Shown: in pieces, positions 1 through 11,989 of the stretch | How positions within the stretch are numbered: position 1 is the stretch's first letter | Layout of the letters: each line of letters starts with the position of its first letter | Assembly: GCA_964016885.1 (NCBI GenBank) | Contig: OZ024743.1 | Location: 299,584,001 to 299,648,000 of the forward strand | Direction: 5' to 3' | DNA: 64,000 nucleotides | Origin: Eledone cirrhosa | Taxonomy: Eukaryota | Notes under the pieces: generated by a model | The model's input: only the letters and a program-made list of their open reading frames with translations | Database searches by the model: none | Told to the model about the DNA's origin: nothing | Position numbers and translations under genes: made by a program

Positions 1-563
1 CGTGTTACCAAAAGCTTGAGGGGACATTCTGCAGGAAGCGGATGCATATGACTTATTTTAAATCCGAATAAACATATTTAATCAGTTTAATCTTGCTTTT
101 AGAAATAATTTAGAATTCAATAGACTTCATTAAATCTATTACTTTTAAAATAACAAAAGATAAATACCACATAAAATTATATATTATTCCTCTGTCTGCA
201 AAGGGGAAATAAACAACAACAACAAAACAATATAAAAGATGAAACTTATACAAAAGAAAGTTACACAGTTATCTTCGTCAAAACAGCCCACTAGAAATAA
301 ACTCTTTAAATTATCCGTTTAAGGAATATGATATTTTACACCTGTAAACCTGCTCAGATTTGGTAACACTGTAAATAAGTTACATATCTATTCTATTCTT
401 TTACATGCTACATTTATTTTTTTATAACATAGACAAGACGCCGAGGGCAGTTCTCACGCCCCTTTACAATTTCTGAAAAACTGGCTTGAGACAAGATATC
501 CTCGAATTGGTGGTATACTTGCAACAGAGTCAACTCCGCTAAATGCACCATCCCTCTATAAAT

Positions 564-747
564 AATTGTTTCTACTTTAGGCACAAGGCCAGCAATTACC
601 CAGTGCATTACTGGTACTTTATTTTATCGACCCTGTAAGGATGAAAGGCAAATTCAACCTCGGCGGGATTTGAACTCAGATCCTAAAGGGACGTAACTAT
701 GCTGGAAAGCATGGCGTCCGACCCTCTACCGATACTGCCGATCCACC
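564..747 (-). mobile_element. tRNA-derived SINE with Nin/Deu-like central domain (family S1)
   Basis: Minus strand has A-box-like ggcagtatcgg, B box gagttcaaatcc, domain gcctttcatccttacagggtcgataaaataaaagtaccag and 3' end ggccttgtgcctaaagtagaaacaatt; about 10 related copies in the window. Confidence 0.9.
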
Positions 748-2889
748 TTCTTTATGATATGATCTCATAACACACCCTTTACAATCCACTCGGAAAATGC
801 ATTGCATTAAAATAGTTTCAATGTTAAGTCTTATACATAAATATATAGAATTTCATTCGTGCATATATTTTAATTTCAGTTTTCCATGAAATAATTCTCG
901 TAACATTGGTTCGTTTTGTCTATAAGCGCGAGTGTTTATGAGTGATATTATACTGTGCATATCTAGGCATTGCTATAACATGTACGCCTAGACGTATATT
1001 CACGTTCCCCTTCCTCAAAGTTGATTTCCTTCCGCTTTAAACTTGTTTTAAGTGTTGAAGAACAACTATCAAAACATTACTATTATATTTTTTCAATTAT
1101 CATTATCACTAAAAATTGAAATAGTATTTTACTTTCCAAAATACATACACATCTAAACTGTATGTTGTTTTTTGTTTAAAAAGCAGTGCAATACAGGTGG
1201 GTTAGATTGCCAAGCTAATAATCAGAAGGGAATCGAAAGAGAATACAAAATGAAAGAAAGCACCCCCACATTTATGATTTAACTGCATTCGCAGCTTTTT
1301 TTTTCTATTCTTTATTCTTGGTGGCTCTTGACTATCCTGTTTATACGAATAACTGATAATACTTATTTAATACAAGGCAAATTGTTTAATGAGATAAACA
1401 CTCGTCATTAGCATATTCATTTTTTTTTTTAAATCAATATTGTTTACACTTTTATAATTAGTATAGTGTTCTTTACATATTTGGTATTTTCCATTATTCT
1501 TACGAATAAATAATATCTAATTTGAAGTGAATATTTCTGAAGAAACACCCAACCCTACCGAAACTAATGTGAAAAACCAATCATTTTAATTTCAAATGAA
1601 ATCCTTATTTAAATACTATAACAATAAAATATGATTTCAATGATGAACGATAGCGGTAATTTCCTCCAACAGAAAAGACAATAATATATAAAGATATAAA
1701 GATTTCTATTACCATTAAGTTTAGAATGAAGCGAGATATGGAATGTTAATGACAGGCAATCAAACAATGCAAACTGCGATATTATGAAAAGAAAAAAATG
1801 CCTATCATTCGAAATGAAATAGTGGCCATGTATTATGCATAATTTTATACATATTATTAAATTATTTGAAGCGTAATAGAAGCACAATTTGTTGTGTTCA
1901 TTACATGTATTTATGAATATGACAGTTTGGTGGAGGATTATGGAAATCCTATGCCATAAATAATTACATTTTCCCGGATACGTTATGCCCATACCACAAC
2001 ATTAGAATTATATAATATTTTATTTTCCCCTTGCATAATGATAGCTATATGAAATCACGTAATTTATTAATTAGAAAACTATAATTATCATTACAATTTA
2101 TTTTATATACGAGATTCATTTCACTGTCTTGCTTAATATTTATTTACTTTCTATTAATCATTATCTAATGGCAGTATTGTTGAAACAAAATAAAAAATTG
2201 ATATAATGAAAAGGCCTGATTTTAACTATTAATGTATGTTCAAAAACACACGCACACACACACACACACACATACGCCTCCCCAAACACACACGTATATA
2301 TATAAAAATATGTATGTATATATATAAGGTGGTGATTGGATATATGCATATAACAGTGTAAAAGAATGTACATGACATTTATGATTAATATATGTTCACT
2401 TAGTGATGAATAAGCTATATATCGAATTCTGATAGAATAGGTCTGCGGAGCTTTAATCTAACATGGGAACAGGAATAGTTCCTTGGATATCATATTTTAT
2501 AACAATATTCACTTGAAAGCTTATAGTTAAAGCAAGAATGATCGATCGAATAAGGAAATGATAATATCACGAATGTGTTAATAAGCGTTTCGTCAACCAC
2601 TAAATGCTTTGCCTTTGTATTGTATGAAGGGAAATATTGATTGCAGCTCGAAATCACAAAAATTAATAGGAAGTGAAATAAAATTGCGAAACTTATAAAG
2701 CACTCGAGGCTTAATATCAACATACAGTGCTCATAAATAGAAGTTAATAACAAACATATTCATAAATGGAAGTTAAGAACAAACATATTGTTGTTGGTTA
2801 AGTCCACATCAGCTTTGATTAAGCAGCATATGGAACGTATGTAGTGTGCTAAACGACCAGACGAAACACACAGGTTTGTTGATCTAGAT

Positions 2890-4110
2890 ATATTGGGTTG
2901 TACAGAAGGTTTTCACCATGTTTCTAATTTTAATTTCTCTTGGTCTTTTAACGTACGATTAATCGCTATCGTTAGCGATTACCGTCTGTCATTGATTAGG
3001 AAGGCACATGGTTCCATCCCATTATATTCTTCTGGCTTCGATGTATTCCTTCATCCACTGCATCCGATGTATTCCTTCATCCACTGATTTAAACATTCCT
3101 TATTGGTGAAGGTCATTGACAGCATTGCATTAGTCATTAAGAGAAAAATGCGATCATCTTTAGGCACAAGGTGGGACGAATACGATGAATCGGGTAGAGT
3201 CTCCCAATCTTTCTCCAGCAGCGTCACACGGGCCATAATTGGTGTAAGCAGCCGAGTGTTATCATAAAGGAACCGAACAGAACCACGGTGTGGGTGCATA
3301 TGTGTGATTTTTGCAACTACTCTGTCAGGGTATTGACAATATACGTCAGTGGTTATGCTGCTATTCGGGGGTAGCAGCCCGTAGTGGATGATAACTTTCC
3401 ATTCCCACCAGACGCTCAGTAGGGCCTTACGAGGTTGGAAGCCGCCATTACTTGTCATGGTGGCGCACCCAATTTATTAAACCTCGATCGCTTGCGCTTA
3501 ACATTAATGTAGAGACACCATTTGCCACGACCAGTGACAATGGAAAGTGACCAGTTGGTTGTGTGATGGTACGAGAGCAGAGAGAAATTGTATTTTCCGT
3601 CCGGCATTCATGATTACGGTCAGTCAGATTTTGGGACACCCATTGGTTCACTTGGACACCCTTCCTATTGCATTCAAGCGATCGAGGTTAGATTGTTTCA
3701 ATGCTCCAAGCGCGTCGGAGATTTGACGTGAAGTGTGGCATGGTGCGGCTTCCACCAGCTCATGCAATTACTCGTCATTGAAGTCGGAGGCAGGTCCTGC
3801 ACGAACTAATTTCTAGCAACGCGTTCCGATTTGGTGTTTGACCCAAATGCACTGTTAATGGGACGACTCGATCTTGTATGCTTGGGTCAGATTTTAAATC
3901 ATAAAGAAGTAAACAGTCACGAATAAACGCTTTGGATATATACATGTTGCGTTCCCTTTGACGGCCTTAAAGGATACGAGAAATACACTTGTTATATATA
4001 TGTACGTTGGCTCAACTTTCAACACTACAAGAAAACCCTACCAAAACACCTGATTTTGAAAAACGTTGGAAGCTTTCTACACTCCCCGACGTTCAATGGT
4101 GTATTTTAAG
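2890..4110 (-). mobile_element. Decayed mariner-type DNA transposon (transposase pseudogene)
   Basis: ORF pieces 3448-3651 and 3051-3458 give WVSQNLT (WVPHEL-like), RKALLSVWW, YDNTR (HDNARPH-like) and YSSHLVPKD (YSPDLAPSD-like); TIR-like tattgggttgtacagaag at ~2891; right boundary approximate. Confidence 0.8.
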
Positions 4111-4804
4111 AGATGGCTACATTTAAACAGATCCGATTCTCCCCACAGTGCAGCGTTTGTATTTAAGTCTTTTCTAGCTTAGATTTTGGTTGGTTGTGAT
4201 TAAGCAGACGTATAATAAAAGATGTTCCAGCTTTAACAATCCCATCTTTTTGTACAGTTAGAATTATATACAGTGTTATTTATTCTCAAGACGGGTGAAC
4301 ATTATTCGGAGCAATTTATCTGCATGTGAAACATCCTGTGTCCATTGTGTTCCAAGGTAGTTTGTAATATTGTAAGATTTTCTTTGTTCGTTCTGGTTAA
4401 TGAATGATGAACATAGTTGAGAACTTCATAAGACATCTGATTATGCATTATGCACTATCTATATTCTCTGTATTTTATTATCAATTGTTATTGAGATGAA
4501 TTCATGAGAAGATCAATGATGTATTTGATACTTTGGATTGAACCCCCATAGAGTCGCGCAGCTTATTATATTTGAAAGCCAGTTTGCCCCTGAAGTATAT
4601 TGCCTTGTCTTTAAAATATGTGATATAACAGTTAATCAAAAATGAAAACAATGTAAAAAAAACAAAACAAATATAATGTCAAATAGTTCCTGAATATAAT
4701 ATGATGTAAAAAGAAGACGTGATAGTCAAAGGTTGAATGGGGTTTGAGCTAAGTAGATTCATCAGTGATAAATGTTCTTTTTTTTAATCAAAAACATGTA
4801 AATG

Positions 4805-4940
4805 TAGTAGAATTGCAGAACTAATAGAGCCCTAGACAAAATACCATGCAATACTTAGTTTTGTCTATTGGCATTCTGAGTACACACCACTGAGTCTATA
4901 TGCCTTTCATCATTTTGGAGTCAATAAAATAGGTATTGGT
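4805..4940 (+). mobile_element. Old, diverged copy of the Nin-domain SINE
   Basis: ttctgagtacacaccactgag...tgcctttcatcattttggagtcaataaaataggta aligns by eye to the S1 B-box and central domain. Confidence 0.55.
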
Positions 4941-5138
4941 TATATATTAATGTTAGTTAACTGTCCACGGCACCATTGAGGCCGTTTTTTTAAAACACAA
5001 AGCTTTGATGTTATTGAGACATAAATATACTTTGATGAGTAGAATACACTATAGTTTGATAGTTTTGCAATTCTGGTTCAAAAGATATGAACGTTTTTCG
5101 ATTTTGATAATAGAAACCAGGGTCATAATTAGTGTATT

Positions 5139-6038
5139 TTATGATTTATTGAAGTTATCCTCATCACAACTGCCTGAAGTGTCACTTTCACCATCACTGA
5201 CTTTACCTTTGGATTCTTTATCGTCTTCAATGGCTCTAACATGCTCGTAAATCTTGTTCAGATGAGAATTACCCTTATTAATGCATCCTTGGACTGTTTT
5301 GCTCTCCAGATTCTGAAATGATGCATACAATCGTGCCAGCATTTGCTCGAAGGTAGTGTATGTGATGTAATGCCTTCCCACTTCTCCCTTGGCAATGGCT
5401 CATAAGACATAAGATCTCGATCGGCTGCAAGTCGGAATAATGCAGTAGAGAAAAGATGACCTCATGAGCTCTTTCTCTTGCCATGGAACAAGCCATTGAA
5501 ATGACATGTTGTACTCCCTCAGGTTTCCCCATAGAACACATTTCAGATTTACTACTTCGAATCGTTCTCGACATGTCGCCTACATTTGAGCCTTCTCCCA
5601 CGATCGTTATGGTGTTGAATCAAGGAGATTAGAATGATATTTGGTCCAGATTTCACTGCAGAGCTTATTACCTCGACTAACAACATTCACAGAACGGTCC
5701 GTGCCATCTGTATTCTTCTTCGTTCAACCAGCTATCTTGTTACTGTACAGTACGACATGTTCATGACGAAATTTTGCTTGTACAGAGAGAATATTCAGCT
5801 CCTCTTCCTTGATAAGGCTCCTAGGTCGATCTATTTTCACAAAACTATCCACAGATTCGAGAAATAATTTATCCACAACCTTGTGCTTCTTCTTGGGAGT
5901 GTAAGAAATAACATTTCTCTGTCTTTTGTTCCTTCTCCGCTCCAAAACATGATCTTGGTCCTTTTCTTCATTTCTTTTCATAACTTTTGATCTTGAGGTT
6001 TGAGAAAAATAATTAATAGTGCAAAGGAGAGATCTCAA
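5139..6038 (-). pseudogene. Tc1/IS630-family DDE transposase remnant, frameshifted and probably internally deleted
   Basis: HEVIFSLLHYSDLQPIE matches the P.YSP.LNPIE catalytic-E motif; followed by GRHYITYTTFEQMLARL...VQGCINK. Confidence 0.75.
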
Positions 6039-6076
6039 CGAGCTTTAATGAACGATATAATGGGTTTCAATTAACT

Positions 6077-9000
6077 CAAACCTAAAGTCCAACACCTCCT
6101 CAACGTGGCAGAGCGGTGCCCAAGGGTAGTGTCAGAGCTATGCCATCGGGAACTTCGGTTCCTGGTAGGGTCACCAAAGGCGGATTGGTCTGGTACCCAG
6201 CGGTATTAGAGCCGCAACCCGGCAAAAGGGGTTCTGGTGAAAATCCAAGAGATGTCTGCTTCGGTAACCGGCGGCTTCGGGTCGTTTCTGTCCCTGCGTC
6301 AGTGGCGAATCTGCGGCAAACAGGACGTTTTTTCCCCTCGTTCGGGATATACATGCGGGTTTTTGGGGGACCGCTTGTGAATTCACTACTCCCTTGACAC
6401 TTCTTCCATGAATCCTTCATATACGAACTATGAATACGAATTGCCTTCCCGCTACGAACGCATTACAAAGGAACAGCGCTCTTACCGCTATGGCTCTACA
6501 GACTAATCCCACAGTAGTCCTGCTCTTCAGACGAAGGCAGGAATTGGGGGTGGCGTGCTGGAACATCCGATCACTTCGTGACGACGGTGTCCAGGCACTT
6601 ACCAGGAAAGCCCTGCACAGGTACTGGGATATTGTCGCTTGCCTTTCAGAAGTTCGACTTCCCGATATTGGTCATCTTTCGATCAAAGTTCCTGGCGAGG
6701 ACATCTCCTACCACTTATATCATAGTGGCGTGACTGACAACAGCGCCTTCACGGGGTCACTGTAGCCATCAGCCCCGACGTGCAAGCGGCTCTGCTGGCG
6801 TGGCAGCCGATCTCACACCTACTCGCGCTGGTTCGATTAAAGGGTCAAATAGCCAACGTCAGCGTATTTGCCGTCTACGCTCCCACACTCAATGCGGACG
6901 AGGCGGACAAGAAGCAGTTCTATGCCGATCTCCAAACAACCGTGGATGGCGTCCCCTACAGTGATGTTCTCATTGTCGCTGGGGACTGGAATGCGCAGAC
7001 GGAGCCGGCTGATGATACAACACGCATATTCTAGGACGCTTCGCCCTAGGCGTACGCTGCGACAATAGTGAACGGCTCGTGTCCTTCGCGGAAGCCAATC
7101 GCCTTATCGTCACCAACACCCGGTTCCAACATCCTCGGCGTCACCTCGTCACGTGGCGATCCAATAACGGAAAAACGGCCAATCAGATTGACTACATCCT
7201 GTTCAGATCTCGGTGAGCCAGCTCAGTGATGGACTGGGGAGCTGATACGGGCAGTGGGCATGGGTCAGGCCATACTCTTGTTTGCGCAACTCTTCGTCTG
7301 CGATTGCGGGCGAAACCTCCTCCAAACCGCCAGAAAAGGATCGACTTCTCCCGACACAAGCTCGATGCTGGAAATGCTTTCCGGCTAGAGCTGCCAAACC
7401 GATTTCAAATGCTGAGTAACGAAGTGGAACAGCAACTGGAGCAGGAGTGGAACGCGCTCATGGCGGTGACGGCTGAGGTGGCCAGGGAGAATATCGGGTT
7501 GACGCAAAGACGCCATCAGGATGGGAGCTCCGGCAGCACTCTTGTACTCGCGGAGAGGGCGTGAGTGGCCCGACTCGAGGGTGCACCCAATCTTCGAGAT
7601 CTCCGATGTCGCACATCTCGGGCTATTCGGGCCGATCGGAATGCACACTGGCCTGAGTTTGAGGAGCAGAGAGGTGGGGTGGCAGCCTGTGGTGACTCGT
7701 GCAAGCCCTACCAACTGGTGAAGCGGGCAAGCCGAAGCAGTACGGGAATCAGCGAGACGATCCGTGATCGGAAGGGGCGGTCATTACTAATCTTAATGAC
7801 CAGCTAGTCCGATAGCGGGACCGTTTCTCCGAGCTGCTCAACCACCCGCCACAATCCACGCAAACCTACCTGCAGCCTTCCGTAGAAGAATACGGGTGCA
7901 GCACTGCCCCTCCAAAGGTCGAGGAGGTACGTGGTGTCCTGACACATCTCCGGAACAACAAGGCGCCGGGCGAGGATAGCGTTACAGCAGAGCTCTACAA
8001 GGCCGAGCCTTATGTCTTCGCAGCTTGGCTCCATCGAGTCTTCTCCTCCCTGTGAGGGACGTAGCGGTTCTCTGGTGACTGGAGCGAGGCAACTCTCCTA
8101 CCCTTCTTCAAAAATGACGACAGGAAACTGTGTTCCAACTATAGGGGAATCAGTTTAATTGACGTTGCTGCCAAGACCTTCGCAATTCTTCTACTGAAGA
8201 GGCTCCAGGTCATCCATGATGTCTGTACCCGTCCTTCTCAGGGCGGCTTCCGTCCGGGGAGGCGGTGCGTTGATCAAATCTTCACTCTCCGGCGTGTCCT
8301 GGAACAACGGTGGGCACATCAACAGACTACCGTCCTCTGCTTCATCGACTTTGCAGCTGCCTTCGACTCGGTAGATCGGGATGCCCTATGGCGTATAATG
8401 CAGGCGGAGAGCATCCCATCAAAGCTGCTTCGTCTCATACAAGGCTACTACAGGTCGACTCGGGTTCGAATGAGGGTCTATGGTGGGGAGACCGAGTCGT
8501 TCGATGTTGGGACAGGTGTTTGACTACAATCTCAACACAGCGCTCAGGGAATACTGGGGCGTAGTGGTAGGGAAAGGGGTCGTGGTGACGGACCTGGCCT
8601 ACGCGGATGACATCGTGCTGATGGGCGCTAACGGGACAGATGTACAAGGTGCTCTCGAATGGGTGCACACTGCAGCCGCGGCTGTTGGTCTACGAATCAA
8701 TGCCGCCAAGTCGAAAGTCATGACGTCACTGGTCTCGCCTGATGCCTGGCCGCCAATATCTCTCGAGGGTGTGGACCTGGAGGATGTAGAGTCCTTCGTT
8801 TACCTGGGCTCAACAGTGGTTCCAACGTGACATGGCGCAGCCCAGGTCAAGCGTCGCATAGGTGCTGCCATATCCGCTTTTAGGCGCCTCCAGCGGTGTC
8901 TGTGGGACAGAAGAGAGATCACCTCGGCGACCAAAGTGCGAATCTATCAGGCCGTCGTTCGCACTATCCTCCTCTATGGCTGTGAAACATGGCCTATGAG

Positions 9001-9482
9001 GGTAGTCGATCAACGAGGGCTGGAGGTCTTCGACAAGGACTGTCTCCACCGCATTCTTCGCTGCCGACGCGTTGATCGGGTACCTACCGTTAGTCTTCGT
9101 CTTCGCCTGAATCCTCGACCTCTTCCTTCAGTGCTTCTGCAACGGCGCTTGAGATGGTTTGGTCACGCAGCACGGCGCGCTGAGGGTGAGCTGATCCGCG
9201 CTGTTCTCCTCCCACCTCCACTCCCTAACTGGCGCAAGCACATTGGTGGGCAGCTGAAGACCTGGGCAACGACGAACAAGGAGGACCTCTCCGAACTTTC
9301 AGGTCCGCAGGTGGTCGGCCTGCGCCGATGGAACCGTGACTGGCTCCCTATCTCCAGTGACCTAGCCCGGGACCGTCGTGCGTGGGCTGCGATGGTTCGG
9401 GATGCCGTTAGGAGAAGGGAAGAAGCCGGCTCAACCTGTCCAGGGTGAATGTCGACACAAGTATAAGTAAGTACAAGTACAT
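6077..9482 (+). mobile_element. Full-length RTE-clade LINE, inactivated
   Basis: 5' UTR, APE and RT coding remnants, short 3' UTR with aagt-type tail; 13-bp TSD gtttcaattaact (6064-6076) / gtttcaactaact (9483-9495); visibly GC-rich compared with flanks. Confidence 0.93.
6430..9448 (+). pseudogene. RTE APE endonuclease-reverse transcriptase ORF, fragmented
   Basis: ACWNIRSL, LSEVR, VYAPT, GDWNA, NQIDYIL, NYRGISL, FIDFAAAFDSVDR, LAYADDIVL, FVYLGS, LLYGCETW, RRLRWFGH; the RQG...SP RT motif is deleted at ~8520. Confidence 0.92.
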
Positions 9483-10105
9483 GTTTCAACTAACTGAGTA
9501 AAACACAAAATAGGCCTCCATGGTGTTGCGGACTGTAAAATAACTATAACCCTCCTGAAAAAAAATCGAGAATACATGTTAATATGGGAAAACTAAAGTA
9601 ATTACTAAAGGATGACAATAGCAGTAGCCTATATTAATACTTATAAAATAATGGGGTTCAAGGTATAATCAATCAATATATATTTTACATAACCATTCTG
9701 TAACAAACACTAGATATTTGTTAACTGATTAGTTGAGTTCAACTTCACACGAGAATAAATTACTTCCAAGATGCTTCCTTCCTTTCTTCCCGACGAGGTT
9801 ATCTAATATATTTTCTGCAAGCGTTTACTTTCCTAAAATAACCTAAGATAACCTGGTCTAACCGGTACACACGTGCTCTGATTCTGGCTAATTTGGTTGT
9901 CTAGTATATTTTTGGAAAGCATAAAACTGAAGTTATGTTATATTTTAGAAGAAATTCTTCCACTAAGAAATAGGACATGAAAATACTGAAACGAAATGAA
10001 TAAAAAGAAGAAATATAAAATAAAGCAGCAACACTTCAGGTTAAACAACTATTTGCAAACACATATAGTTCCATGTTTACGTCATGATACCATATGCAAA
10101 TATAT

Positions 10106-10291
10106 AGTTTCTACTTTTGGCACAAGGCCCGCAATTACGCCAGTGTATTACTAGTATTTTATTTTATCGGCCCCATAAGGATGAAAGGCAAAGTTAACCT
10201 CGGCGGGATTTGAACTCAGTCCATAAAGGGCCGTAACTCTTTGTTGCAAAGCATGGCGTCAGGCCCTCTACCGATACTGCCAATCCACCGC
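10106..10291 (-). mobile_element. S1 SINE, full length, with 17-bp TSD
   Basis: Same sequence as 564-747; TSD accatatgcaaatatat at 10089-10105 and 10292-10308. Confidence 0.93.
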
Positions 10292-11261
10292 ACCATATGC
10301 AAATATATTGACAAGTTAAAACATCTGACACTTCGTACTTAGAATATTTATTGTAATTTTTATAACTGATCTCGTAGTTGAGAAAGCGAATGATCAGACA
10401 TCAGTGACGAGATGGTAGCACAAACAAAGACTACTTCTTAACCTATGCTCAGCCTATATATTTCGTTGAATATGGTCACAACGCTTCCAGTACTTGATGG
10501 CTACTTATTTTATTCGATCAAAGAACATGTAATTCGCGCCAAGATTGACATTATGCTTAGATGTTTACAAAGTAAACGAAGAAAGCTAAATTTTATAAAA
10601 CATTCTATTCGAACGTGAACACGCCACACAGATATGATCACTGTTTCAGAACCACCCATAATGATATTTCTATCATGCGGATAATAGAAGGTTAGACATT
10701 TTGGGAGCAGCATAGTCGATCTATGAACGCAAGTAGTTATGTGATCAATTCTACTAACAGGAACGGTAAATACAACATTAGGAAGATTTGAATTGAGAAT
10801 ATAAAGCTGCGCAATGATATGGCACAATTGATTTTGGCCGTCAATCTACTGATTTTGCCATGCAACATCCTAGTTAGCAGCAGTAGTAATAAAGTGGAAA
10901 TGCTTCAGTAAGTTACTGAGTGAAAGCGGCATAAATCGAGTATACTAAATTCAGTTCATAAATATATAATGATGTATTTATTTTGCGATATCAAAGTTCT
11001 ATCAAAGTGAAGTGTTAAACGTTAACTGCATGAAGTTAAGTGCTATTTCTGTAAATTAACTAAGTGCTTGAAATGTGTTCTTGATGTGCCAAATTAATTA
11101 ACCCATAAACTGCAAATAGGTAAGTAACTGGCCAAGTAATTATAAATTTCCAAATATAATTACGTATATTTGATTAATTTAATCAAGAATCAAAGTAGAC
11201 ATACATATGAAAGCGCGTATACACTACACTTGCAACCACACACACCCACACGAACACACAA

Positions 11262-11358
11262 ACATATATATATATGTATATATATGTATATATATGTATA
11301 TATATGTATATATGTATATATATGTATATATGTGTATATATGTATATATATGAATATA

Positions 11359-11390
<32 letters not shown>
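11262..11390. repeat. (TA)n/(TATG) microsatellite
   Basis: Seen directly. Confidence 0.9.
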
Positions 11391-11392
<2 letters not shown>

Positions 11393-11582
11393 GGAACGAG
11401 TAGGACCCCGACGGCTGAGCTCAAGCCGTTTCGACGGCTAATTCTGGACAGAATTAGCCGTCGAAACGACTTGAGGTCAGCCGTCGGGGTCCTACTCGTT
11501 CCTATTACCCACTCTACTACCCTAAGTATTGAGTACTTTGGTGCGTTATGGTCCACCTGGTTCCTTACCACATTTCCTTCGT
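11391..11582. repeat. GC-rich palindrome (56-bp arms, 2-nt loop) plus ~80-bp extension, embedded in (TA)n; each arm carries the 3' half of a hammerhead
   Basis: 11391-11446 is the reverse complement of 11449-11504 with 2 mismatches; arm reads GAAA-cggct-tgagctc-agccg-TC-gggg; ~35 nt recurs at 30878-30912. Confidence 0.85.
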
Positions 11583-11645
11583 TATATATATATATATACA
11601 TACATACTTGGCAAGTTTTTTTTATATATATATATATATTTGGCA

Positions 11646-11702
<57 letters not shown>
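11583..11702. repeat. (TA)n microsatellites
   Basis: Seen directly. Confidence 0.85.
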
Positions 11703-11706
<4 letters not shown>

Positions 11707-11989
11707 TAACTATGTCACGTATAATTTTAGAGGCAAGCGATGAGATTACGTATATGAATCGTATTAAGGAATCTGAATATGTGTCAAGTCAAGGAACAGC
11801 AAGGAAACATCTAGGAGAAACGTATATCACGAAGGCACAGGCAGTTGATAGCTTCCATCTTTTAATGATTTCAACAAATGTTGCAAGGAATTAGGAGAAT
11901 GGTTGTGCCGTATTTTGAATGTTTAAAAGAAAACGAGGATCAGCGGTTAGAATGTTATAATATTGCATCAAATGGGTAAGATTGTGCAG

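Larger units (their letters stand above)
4961..9535 (-). mobile_element. Tc1/IS630-like DNA transposon interrupted by an RTE LINE
   Basis: Imperfect TIRs ctgtccacggcaccattgaggcc (4961-4983) and ggcctccatggtgttgcggactg (9513-9535, followed by TA), 18/23 match; transposase remnant inside. Confidence 0.75.

Noticed and set aside
564-747. tRNA gene calls for SINE heads
   Set aside because: A and B boxes are present but spacing is extended, there is no cloverleaf, and copies have tails and TSDs.
3039-3086. 22-bp tandem duplication in the mariner
   Set aside because: Ordinary decay of a dead element.
10510-10827. 105-aa ORF, and similar short ORFs at 1609-1992 and 2490-2753
   Set aside because: No recognisable motifs; consistent with chance ORFs in AT-rich DNA.
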